Assembly (NCBI GenBank): GCA_964247055.1 | Contig: OZ176053.1 | Location: 5,642,001 to 5,706,000, forward strand | Direction of reading: 5' to 3' | DNA length: 64,000 nucleotides | DNA from: Paragordius varius | Lineage: Eukaryota; Animalia; Nematomorpha | Part shown: positions 25,301-36,944 of the stretch, piece after piece | Numbering within the stretch: the first letter of the stretch is position 1 | Layout of the letters: every line of letters starts with the position of its first letter | Made by a program: the position numbers and the translations under genes | Notes under the pieces: generated by a model | What the model saw: only the letters and a program-made list of their open reading frames with translations | Told to the model about the DNA's origin: nothing | The model's database searches: none

Positions 25301-27848
25301 AAATGTAAAAGCATATCCTGACCGCTCCGACTATTTTTTGACCACAACTTGTGCACTGCACTTGTTTATATCATTAATACAACTTTTATCACATTTAGCA
25401 AAATGATTTAGAAGATGACGAGGATCGTGGCGAGTTTGTAAGATTGCATCCTGAAACACAAGCCCGAGAACGTTATCACAAATATAGGGGTAACTTTTAT
25501 ATTTTTTTTCAACAAAATATTATAATATTAAAATTAATATATAATATATTTATTGTTTTAGGGTTAAAATCATTTAAAGATACCCCTTGGCCTAAGGATG
25601 ACACTACTTTACTTCCACCATTTTATTCCGATTTGATGCAATTCAAAAATTACAAATTAACCGTAAAAAATATTAGTAAGCGATATCAAGAGTTGGTTCA
25701 AGGTTTTTGGGATTATATACTGCAAAATAATAAATCCGACAATTTGGGCAAAGATATGAATAATGGTAACTTTCTTTTTTAAAACATTATATATTTAGTT
25801 GTTATTTCATTTTTTATAAAAGAAATGAATATTGTATATAAGATAGGTTAAGTGTAAAAAAATAGTGTTTAACAATGTTTGACTTTAAATTATTATAATG
25901 AGTTCTTAGATTGATTTTAAGCTAATTATAAAAATGTCTACTTTAATGAGTTTAGAATATCATATATTTAAGAAATATTAACTATTTTCTTTAAAAAATT
26001 AAAAGTTTTTATTTATATTTAACATTTTTAGATTTGGAAATGGAATACGAAGGCACCAATAATAATGATTGTGGTAGCCTTAAAGGACAGAAAAGTAGGA
26101 AACGTACGCTAAGTCAAATGTCTTTACAGAGTTCTGATCCACTTAAAAGCTCTCTACTATCTCTATTAAATACGGCCGCCAAGGGAAACGAATCCGATAG
26201 TACCCAAAATTTTACCACAAATTTTACATTAACTATCAAAGGCTGTCCGTCAAATATTGGTTAGATTTAATTTTTACTAAAATTATTTATTTTTTTTCTT
26301 TAATTATTTCATTAAAGGGTGTCCTTTACATAACATAAGTTATAACAAATTCTTTTGTGGAAATATTTTCTTTTTTCCCATATGTTGCAGTCATCAAACC
26401 TAAACATTTATCAATGATATGACCCTTGGTTTTTTTGTAAATTATTTAGAATTTTGTCATAATTAAACTTTGTGTTACGTGCACATAACTGTAGTTTACA
26501 ATACTTCATTGTTCATTAATTAATATTTATAAACACTTTATTTATCTTGTAATATTTAGTCCATACTTTACGGCAAAAGTGTAAATCAATACCCATATTG
26601 GCTTATGGATTATTTCCTTATGAACAGGCCTATTCACAGGCTAATTTAGTTCTAAGAAAAACTTTCAGCGCAAATACTGTTCCGCAACATAGTATAGATT
26701 ACCATGATAATGTGATCAATTACCTAAATGGTGAAAAAGGAGATAAATCTAATGCCCTAACAAACTCTGGCAAAACTATTGATGACATTCATTATGATGC
26801 AAAACGAATTTCACCATTGGAAAATTTAAAGTCTAAATCACCCTTGATATTTTTGTATGGATTTCGACGTTTTACGGCCTCGGTTTTATTTTCCGAACAT
26901 AACATGAGCGGTGATAAATATAAAGTATAACGTTTTTGATTTTATTATTTATTGATATTTGTTAAATTTAGTTTATATGTAACATTTTATATTTGAGTTC
27001 ATGTTTAAAGATTGTTATTTTTTATATTATACTTTAGTTTGAAAAATATTTTGATCTTAAAACAAATCAAATCACTATGGCAAGTCTCATTGCGCCAATC
27101 ATGATGACAAATATGCCCATTTTAACGTTTACTAACATGGAAAGCGGCTGTAATAATTTATTGATTAACCAATATTTTGATATTAAAAAAAAATTTAATG
27201 ATTTTACTTTATCAATGTTGAAAAATAGTTTTATTTCCAAAAAACATTTTTTAATGTATAGCCAAATCAAACGAAAATTTGCATTTGGTAGCCCATGGTT
27301 CATTGCATAATATTGATCCTAGCCGATGTATCATTAAACGGATTATTTTGAAGGGAAACCCATACAAAATTAATGGTCGATTAGTTATTGTTCGACACAT
27401 GTTCTACAATATAGGTAAGATTTTGTAAATAATTTTTACCTATTTTTTTTGGCTTTCTTTTATAATAAAATTTCTCTGTTTTATTAGATGATATCAATTG
27501 GTTCAAAGATATACAACTAAGGTCAAAACAAGGAAAAATTGGTCACATAAAGGAGCCAGTTGGTAAAAGATATATATATATATATATATATACTGTTAAT
27601 ATTAATTTTAAAACTAAAATTTAACCATTTAATTTGAATTTAATGATTTTTTGTCTTAAATATAATTTAAAACAGTTTTTTAACATTAATATATGAAGGA
27701 TTTTTTTTGATTTTGTATCAAATAAGGTACACATGGACATATGAAATGCACGTTTAATTCAACGCTCAAATCTCAAGATAGCATCTATCTTTATCTTTAC
27801 AAACGGGTTTTTCCTAAATGGGATATCTCCCCACTTGGAGCTAATTAA
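19330..27848 (+). CDS. TSR1: Pre-rRNA-processing protein TSR1 (40S biogenesis, BMS1/TSR1 family)
   Basis: About 17 in-phase exons. HHTGPFKQINKKHK, ARERYHKYRG|LKSFKDTPW, YGLFPYEQ, LIFLYGFRRF, IIKRIILKGNPYKI, GHIKEPV|GTHGHMKCTFNSTLKSQDSIYLYLYKRVFPKW; stop at 27846-27848. Confidence 0.95.
21560..22300 (+). mobile_element. Decayed RTE-like LINE 3' fragment in a TSR1 intron
   Basis: Interrupted KYGPQINLSKTKT, LNGHSIEIINNYTYL, IWAFQDVSLKIKIQL, RTKLSHFGHI. Confidence 0.75.
23750..24930 (-). mobile_element. Decayed RTE-like LINE RT region in a TSR1 intron
   Basis: Minus strand NGLRQG*ILSPIFFNI, TLTKGHERYINAFGMW, GEIRTRGNH..ISKLRWIF; many stops and frameshifts. Confidence 0.8.
24960..25370 (+). mobile_element. 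LINE apurinic-like endonuclease remnant, inverted relative to the adjacent RT remnant
   Basis: Plus strand MGDFNA, FFHKTKRRSYT.TSP, KNVKAYP, DHNL-like motifs with frameshifts. Confidence 0.65.
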
Positions 27849-28802
27849 TATTTTCGTGGATACGAAATGCAATAAATTTGTTAAAATATTTTTGATTATT
27901 ATTATATATGGTTTTAACCTTAATTTTTAAATTTTTAGTTATCTAACATTTTCACCGTAATTTACCCTTAAAAATTGAGCATATATCACGGTGATATTTA
28001 AAGTTTACTCTTAATACATCCTTTTATAAAAGCGATAACTCTAATTATTGTTAAAGAAAAACGGTGGCATTATTTTTTAAAAAGCTATATAATTATATAA
28101 TGAGCCTGTTATAAAATTAAATAAAATCTAAAAAATTTTCAAACACAGACAATTATAAAATTTAAATGCGATTCAAATTAGCTCGGTCTATAATTTTAGC
28201 ATCCTTGATATTTATTTATAAATTAAAATCGCCATTATTATAATTGAATCCAAGACTTTCTTGGGCGTATAAAAATCCTCGTTGTACAAAATCAGAAAAA
28301 CATATTTTATAGCTAGAGATATCCCATACTACTGACACCTTAAATATTTTTGTTCAAAAATTCGACAATAAAATTTATTTGAAACACGTAAGACTTAGGG
28401 ATTTTTTTGATGCCATCTAGTATAAATTTTATCTTTATTGGGAAATAAAAAAATATATTATATATTTTCGACAGGTGAATGATATGATAGTAAAACTTTA
28501 AAAATTAAGGTGCAGCAATCTTAATTACTTTCATCTTTCGGAATTCTCAGGAACAAGAAAACACGCTAACCATAGAGGCCATTTTTCTTATGATCGGCAT
28601 TGTAACATATAAACCGCTTATATTATAACCATTAGACTAAAAAGAAAAAAATATAAATTTAGCTATATCAGCAATATGTTTATGTCTTAGTGATTCTATC
28701 AAATAAATGAAATCAGACTTAACTGGATAACTTAATTTATCTTTAAACGATAAATTTGCCAATTCACTCTTTTATTTTACTCATTTTTAGGTAATTCATA
28801 AG

Positions 28803-31800
28803 GCTTACGAAAACTATGCCTAATTTACATACATCCAAGGTTGAAAATTTTAAAGTAAGTTTAATTAATATCATTTAGCTAGCTATAAAATGTTTTATAT
28901 GTCATATGGAAAAAATACGAAAAAAAGATAAGAGTTTTGAAATATTTAAATTAAAATTAATACTAATAAAGAGTATATTAAATAAAAATAATAATAGTAG
29001 AATAAGGACCAAAAACATTGCATTTTAGTAAATCAGGTCATTTAATTCCTTTTTTTGTTCATTTATTAATTTTTCACGCTAAAAGTCAAATTCTGTACAT
29101 TCACAAGTTTTTTATTCTGTATTCCACACACAATGTTTCCACCCCAGACTATTTTATTCTTATTATTGAATATTCAATTTTTTACCTATGATTCGTATCT
29201 TCAAAGTATCTTTTTGGTTTTTGATAAGCATGAATTTCTATAAAAATAATTAAATTTCGAGTAATATATTATTTAATGTGGATAAATTTATAAGGATTTA
29301 CACATCAACGTTCGCAATTATTCTATTTCTGTAAAGGGCCTAAATATGAATTTTAGATTTTTGAATAAAAATATATTATTGGTTTGCTCTTAATTTATAT
29401 ATTTACCAGTTAAAATATTTTAAATTATTAAACATAATGAGAATCCTTAATATTTTTATTAGCATGAGTGTTCATTGGGTAACTATACAAGTAAAAAGCC
29501 TCAACGATAAATAATCGAAAGATCTAGAAACTCAGAGTTGGGTTCTATCGCTTTTTGTAGATAATCAAGGGTTAGATCGGAAATAAATTACTGTAATTAT
29601 AATAATTTTAATCTTTAAACTCAGGTTATTTGTATAAGCCGGTGAGCCGATTTATATTTGCTCATTTAAATAAGATGTCTATATCTCCCATATTTTGCTC
29701 TTGCTTTTTGAGTTATTAGTTTTGTTTAGTTTTCGTAATCTACAAAAATGGTGGCCCAAAATTTTCCCATCTCAACTTTTTTGGGAGATTTGTGCTATAT
29801 AAGTAATTAGAACCATTTAAGCGGACTAATTTACCGAAATCAATGGGTTAATATTAATACACATGATATATTATCCTATATCAAAGTAGGCAATTCGTCA
29901 AATTTTAAAAATAATACTTATAACAACACAAATTTTACCACAATCTTTTTTGATATTTTAATATGTGTTAAATCACAGAGTCGCTTTGTTGATTTATAAA
30001 AATTACTAGATTTTTACTCTAAAACAACAAATTTTTTAAACATATTAAAACGGTTAATTTTTTATCTTATTCTGTTATGATAGATCCATATAAGCGAGCA
30101 GCGCATAAATCATTCAATTTCAGCGATATAAAATTTTTAACTCAAACTCCAAAGATACATTTAGCTGTATTTGTTGATGATTCTTTCATCACTGTTCGCA
30201 AAAACAGAGGGCTTCATCTAACTGGTCACACTTTGGAAGATTACATAAGTTTGATGATTACAGGGGTAATTATTAGTTAGTAGTTTGTACTATTTCCTTC
30301 ATCAAGCATTTACAGTATGAATAGATATAATTGCTAGCTTTTTAATAAACGTTGCCAGATAGCATATGCAGCAAAGAGAATTATTGTAATGGTAAATGAC
30401 GGATTGATTATGTTTTGTAATAACAGTTGTAAAATCCGTAATATAATGATAATCGAAATCAAATAGAAAATTAAATGAAAGCTAATTATTAACAGAAATT
30501 ATAAACGATATGTGAAACCCTTTCGTCAATAGTAATCGAAGACTAGTTTCGTGCTTGTTAGCACTCATCAGTACGACACAACTATTTGACTTGGGGTTTT
30601 CACATATCTATTTCGTATATGTATCCAACTTTGCAGTTTTGGTATAAATGCAGTTGGTTACCCGAATTTAAATTATTGGCTAATAGCAATAAAAAGCGAT
30701 AGGCCAATAATATTTCTATTTGCTTTATATGCTATCTGGATAATCAATGAAAAACTAGCAGTTTATACTTATGATGCATTTATAAATTATTTGTATTTAT
30801 ATTTTATTGCAGTTAAATCATTTATATGATTACGAAAATATTGGGATAAGATTGGAATTTTCCCTGGTACTCTTAGAAAAAATTAAACCCAAATCAGTAT
30901 TCAAAAATTTAACATATAATGAAGGTGGGATTGGAAAAACAAACTGATGCCTCAATAATTTTAAAATGGTTTGCAAAATATCAAGATTATCGCAAAAAAG
31001 TAATAAAACTACAATGGAACCATGCCCTGCTTATAACAGGGTAGATATATATATCTAACTTCTATTTTTTTATAAAAAAATGTTAATAAATAAATTATTT
31101 TTAGAGTAGATCTATCTCTGAAAAAACAGAAAAAGATTGGGGAAGTCACAGGTTTTTTTTTGTTATATATTTAATTGGGAAAGCTAATAATTTTTTTACT
31201 GTTTTAGCTCCGTGTAACCAACCCCCGAATTTTTTTAAATTAAATGTATATTTGTCAAAGCTACTCATACTCATATAAAAAAATTATAGATAAAATGTTT
31301 TTAATGCATTCATAATTTATCGAGTTAACTAAAATTTGAATTAAATATAATAGGTTATGGATGGTTAGGCGGGATATGTAGCAAAATGAGTTCAGTAAGT
31401 TTAATTGAAGGTTGGCGAGGATTTGCTTCTGTTATGTTCGCAGCACATGAAATCGGACACAGGTCATTCATTATTAAATCCATACATTGATAATTTAAAT
31501 TATTGATTATAATAAGATATATTTTCTCTGATTATTGATTATCACAGTATATTTAAGTGAAACATTTCAGTTAGTAATTCAGATTATTAAAGTTTGTTTT
31601 ACCCTTTATTGACATCCAAATATACAATCGTTCTTATTTGTTTTACTACAGTTTAGGGTTATACCACAATAGTCAACATAACACATGCATTGGGCTACAT
31701 ACAATAATGTCAGATTCATATTCGCCTACTATTCGACCTATTTGGTCTTCGTGCAGTAAAGAGGCATTGGCCAGGTTGTTAAGGTATAAAGTAAATTCTT

Positions 31801-32460
31801 ACATATAACACTTTATTTTTTATACCTTAAGTATATGTAATATTTGCCTGTAATTTTTAATACCTAACCTTCAATTTTTCATAGCAAGACAACATTCCTG
31901 TTTGTATAAGCCCACAACTCCCTGGACACCAAATATCAATCAAGCGGGTTTGGGTTCTAATGCCACTACGAATTCCTCACGTAATAATAATATTTATATT
32001 ATTGTAGAAAATAGTTAAAAAATTATTTTAACATTTCTAGTCATACTAGATCCGTTATCTGAAGAAATACCCTTCCCTGGGCAAATATATGATGCGACTC
32101 AACAGTGCATAGAAGCGTTAGGGCCATCGACTGAAATTCACTCAAATCTTAGCGTAAGTCGTATATTTTGGTTGTATCTTATTTCATAGGTGGTAGGAGG
32201 TCTGTAAACACTTGTATTGCAGACATCCAACCCAGCAAGTATATCTTTATGTGGCACCAGCGCTTGAAGGAACTCCATGTGGAAATCAAAAGGTGGGTTT
32301 ATTTTGGAATTTTTTTATAAAAATCTGCAGAAATTATTTTTTATAACTCCCAAAATCTAAATTAAATTACAGTTTTATTTTAAAAATTATATAATATAAA
32401 TTTTATTGATAGATGTGCAGAATGGGTCAATGTATTGATGTTCCCTCGCTCATGCAATAA
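28803..32460 (+). CDS. ADAMTS-like (reprolysin, M12B) zinc metalloprotease ending after the disintegrin-like domain; 5' end uncertain
   Basis: Confident exons from 30084: 30084-30265, 30813-30896, 30925-31040, ~31104-31150, ~31354-31462, ~31651-31785, ~31888-31980, 32041-32154, ~32198-32292, 32413-32460. Motifs HLAVFVDD, WNHALLITG, AAHEIGH|SLGLYH, TIMS Met-turn, WSSCS, FPGQIYDATQQC, ALEGTPCG, CRMGQC. Tentative upstream exons 28803-28854 and 29463-29490. Confidence 0.85.
30335..30760. repeat. Outer inverted-repeat pair bracketing the hammerhead hairpin (MITE-like)
   Basis: GCCAGATAGCATATGCAGCAAAGAGAAT at ~30354 matches the reverse complement of ~30712-30741 (TCCAGATAGCATATAAAGCAAATAGAAAT); GCTAGC/GCTAGT arms extend it. 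Confidence 0.6.
30507..30608 (-). ncRNA. Type I hammerhead ribozyme with minimal palindromic stem III, on an extended hairpin
   Basis: Minus strand GTCGTA-CUGAUGA-GUGCU aaca AGCAC-GAAA-C UA G-UC-UUCGAU. All core nucleotides present, perfect 5-bp stem II with G10.1-C11.1, GUC triplet; stem I extended by GTCAAATAGT/ACTATTGAC and GATATGTGAAA.CCC/GGGTTTCACATATC. Confidence 0.85.
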
Positions 32461-32808
32461 AATCATTCAGGGATTAATATATCATATTTAAGCGTTTAAA
32501 TATTTAATTTAATTATTATATAAGCAAATAAATATATTAATGAATGCAAGAGTTTACTATTATTTAAATATTAATATTTATCCATGTTCTATTTTGTCAA
32601 TATCTCTTTATATGTAATGTATAATTAAATTAACGCTGAACGCAACCAAATTCATGTTGTTATGTTAAAAAAATAAATACACACATCCTCATTTTTAAAT
32701 TATATGGCAATAAAATCGATCAAAATATTAACTGTTTAGAGTTTATAAAAAAAGTAGTTATATGGTTTTTAAAAATAAAACCGCAAATGTAGATGATGTA
32801 TAATCTTT

Positions 32809-35800
32809 ATGCAAACCTATCATTTATCGATTAATTGGGAACCTAATCCAATTCCTCATGTCATTCTGATCAAATTGCTTATTGTTACATCATTCATATC
32901 ATATTTTGAATTCGGGGAAAGTTTTCCTATATCTACTATATCTGGAACCTTGAATGGCTCTGTTATCAATGTTATATTACCCAAAAATAATTTGACAAAT
33001 ATGTCAAATACCACATTGATTTTAAATAATTTGGTTGGTTCAAAAAAATCGACCATCAGTAACGAAGTGTCTGCCAAGGCAATTACATTAATGGGAAGGA
33101 CGGTAAAAATAGAAAGTGTAAAATTAATTCCAGTTCAAGAAAATTATAAGTATAATTAATAGTTTTTTAGCTATTATATTGGGGCAAATGCCTTATTTTT
33201 GGCAGGTTGAAGAGTATTAATTTTCTCTCATTAATGATATTATGACAATTTCCATATTAATAGAAACAAAAATAGCGTTTTATATTAATCTCAAAAATAT
33301 TCCGAATGCTTCATATTAGTTGGTTATGATTAGTTGTAATTAGAAATTAAAATGAAAATAAATTTTTGCCCGTAGTATAAATTTTCTGTTAATTATTAGT
33401 TTCTGAACCACGGATCAAGTCACACGACACCTAAAAAAACAATTTATTTGCTTATAAAGCGAGATTTTGGCATGTAATTAATAAAATTGTGTATTTAATC
33501 CTATTTTTGTGAAATAAAAAATTATTGGTTTAAATTTTATCTATTTTACTGATAACATCAAACCGTTGGATACAATCATAAGTCAGCCAAAAAAATATAA
33601 CATAAAATATCTTTAATGTTGGATTTTGACTTAAAATATTATTATTCATCCTATCGTTTACAATTGTAATAATTTTTAAAAGCGGTTACCGTCAGTGTTT
33701 TATAAAATTCATAAGCTAGTATTCAACATTAAACTCTAATCCCGTTATTTTTAAGGACTTCTCCCTATATTTTCGTAAAATATTTTTTTATTCACCTTTT
33801 TAATCGACATGTTATACTACAGCATAAACAAAGATGATGTTGCAAAATATAAAAAACTTTTCAAAATATTGGAGAGAGATTATGACGATGAAAAAAATCT
33901 GAACGCGGAATACCCATCTAACATAAACGATTACGAAGCCTTTGAATCTAATCCAATTATCAATACGGTTATTACTTTGACACGATTAAAGAAAATCTTG
34001 TCTATTATAAATATAGATAATGTGGTTTAATAAATTAGCAGCACCTTTTATTTAATAATAAATTTTTGAAAACTCATAAAACAAAATTATAAATGTTTTG
34101 AAGGAAACGGAATAAATATATAGCATTAAAAGATAAAGGGCGGTTTTAAACATATATTGTGAAACTTTATTTTAATCAGCAAAATATATAAGGTTGCCCT
34201 AAATTTTAGCATACCTTTCTTCACAAAAAAATTTCCGAATTCGGAATATAAAAATATTAACACCTTTAGAAAAATATTCAGTACGGTCATTTTTTTAGCT
34301 ATCTATTTTCTCCAAAATTTCAAAATTCAATAATTTTTTCATTAAATTTGAAACTATGATGATTAATTTACACAATTTTTGAACTTACAAAACTCGAAAA
34401 AAGAAACTTTTTACCAAACCATCAAAATCAATTTCGTTAATATTGCTTAACTTTAAAATTATTTTATTTTAGTTGGAAGATGATGGGTCAATCCGATACC
34501 TGAATAAACCATTAAACTCTTCACCGTCCATTATGTTTCTAAGTATATTTTACTAAATATAACCATCATTTCAATTATATATTGGCATCTTCTATTTTAA
34601 TTATAAGTTCATCTTCAAAAAAATTGAGTTAGTTGACTACCTTAAGCCAATGTAAAATTAAGTGTTGCCACAACTCTGTTTTGAAAATAGATATACTTAT
34701 GATAACTATTATTTATAATTAAAATTAAATGTTTTGTTGTATGATTATAAACAAAAGCTCAGGTACGATCTTATAGGTGCATAATGTAAAACATAATTAT
34801 AGTTTGAACATTTGGTTATAATATACCATTTACAATTCAAATTCACCCTTGAAGAATTCAAATTCACCCTTGAACAATTCAAATTCACCTTTGAACAATT
34901 CAAATTCACCTTTGAACAATTCAAATTCACCCTTGAACAATTCAAATTCACCCTAAAAATAAATTAAGTGTTTTCGGGCTAATATAACTTAACATTGATA
35001 TGAAATAATTTTTTACTACAGAGTTTATTATTTTTTTAGCATTATATTACTTTTAAACAGAGTTTCATATTTTAAAAACATTAAAAAAATAAGTTTAATT
35101 TTTGATCTTAAAAAACACATTATTTATTTTAGGGTGAATTTGAATTGTTCGAGGGTGAATTTGAATTGTTCAAAGGTGAATTTGAATTGTTTAAGGGTGA
35201 ATTTGAACTGTAAATGGTATACATAGTAATAATGGGTAAAAGTTAAACTTAAATTCAAGCTGTAAAAAATTATGAATACAAAATCCTAAGTAAAAATTTC
35301 AACCGAGAATCAATGGACGAAATAGCCTGATATATCGTTCTCATTTTAAAATTTTATTTTGCGATTCAATCAAATATATTATTAAACGAACATCTAATAA
35401 TCAAAATGATTAGTTTGTGAACCATATTACTTTTAGTCTAGCTTTCGATTGTATAAAATATTAGATATATTACTTTAAATCGTTCCTATTTAAACGAAAT
35501 TATGAGTTTTTTACAGCTAAAATTTCTTATACCCCCGTTTTAAGAATTTTTAAATTGGTATATATTTAAATTATCAAAAAATTGTGTTCTTACCAATATA
35601 CCAGTAGTTTTATGATATATTAAATTTTATTTTAAAACCTATTAAAAGGCGCCCCTAGGATGAGCAAAATATGTTTTTTGAATAATGAGTCACATCTCTT
35701 ATTAAACAGTTTTGTTTTTCTGCTTAAGATTTTAGCTTATCTATAATAATTTTACATTGAATTTATATTTTCAATATTCGGATTTAACTAATTTTTCACT

Positions 35801-36944
35801 AATAGGATTTAAATATAGGGGATAGAGTAGAAACATTTTAGAATATAATATATTTGTCCAATTTTTCCTTATCCAAAATTTAAATAAACAATTTTTCTGA
35901 CATTTATAAATTGGTTTAATTAACCCATTACAAATTATTTAGTAAATCGTCCGATGGGTAAAAAACCATCATCCCCAGAGACATCAACCTTTGCTGAGAA
36001 AATACCACCAAGCACGACTCGTGGCAAACTCAATAATAAAATAGAATTATCAGGTTATACGGACGACACCATTTCAACATCCACAACAAGCGAATCATTA
36101 CCGCTCTCCATAAAGCGCAACAAAATTTTTGGGCCAAAAAAATATACTACTGTTTCTACCGTTAGCTCTTCAACTGAGATTAGCACATCAGCCACCACGA
36201 TAAAAGATTCATCATTTTCTACAAGTACCGTAATACCTTTATCATCGATGTCCACCTTAACAAATACAAAATTTAATACGCTAGATATTTCCAAATCAGG
36301 TTTATTAATGAATTGATTTAAAGTTGTTCCTGTTTCATTATTTTTGAAAATTTTAATGTTTAAAACCTCAATCTAAGGGCACGAATTACTCCACAATTAT
36401 ATATTTTGCAATATGATTTTAAATTTATATTCCGAGTCAAATCAGCAATATATAAAACTAAATATATATAATACTATTTTAACATACAGGGACTACCACT
36501 GAATGTGAACCCGAATCCGAAACATTCTGTGAAAACAATCCAGATTCAACCGAAATTTTAGAAAACATTTCAACTCAAACAACTACTACATGCGCTTCGA
36601 TGCTAAATGCCAATGAGGATGAAAATTGTGAAGAGACCATAAATACTCTGAGCACATTGTCAATTTCTCCTGAAACGACAATCCTATCAACAACGGAAAC
36701 AAATGAATTTCCATCAATGTTGACCACTTGTATAAATATAAATTCAGGTGAGAATGAAGATGAATTTGAGATTGCAGATGACGACGCAAGCATACAAAAT
36801 TATGTTTTTTATTCCAATGCTCAATCTACACATTATTATCTTAATAATCAAAATTACAAAATTTGTGGATATAACATCATCCAACACTATTGTTGGATCA
36901 TTTGCAACTTTATTATAATTATTTATTATCATTTGATTTTGTAA
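32809..36944 (+). CDS. Orphan Ser/Thr-rich (mucin-like) protein with a signal-peptide-like N-terminus and a hydrophobic C-terminus
   Basis: Five GT-AG exons joining in phase with no stops: 32809-33149, 33823-33967, 34473-34542, 35943-36299, 36490-36944; no family motif recognised. Confidence 0.65.
34822..35221. mobile_element. Foldback-like non-autonomous element with TIRs built of 21-bp tandem units
   Basis: TATACCATTTACA...TGTAAATGGTATA ends; ~6 units of TTGAACAATTCAAATTCACCC on the left, 4 inverted units on the right; second copy at 55690-55979. Confidence 0.85.

Noticed and set aside
28500-28620. Possible additional pro-domain exon of the protease (GAAILITFIF...TLTIEAI)
   Set aside because: Only vague resemblance and no convincing in-phase donor.
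33150-33170. Candidate 21-nt intron in the orphan gene
   Set aside because: Using this acceptor leads to a stop after 13 codons; the donor joins in phase to 33823.
34745-34951. ORF with VNLNCS(K/R) repeats and a CRISPR-like repeat look
   Set aside because: It is a translation of contiguous 21-bp tandem units with no spacers, in a eukaryotic transposon end.
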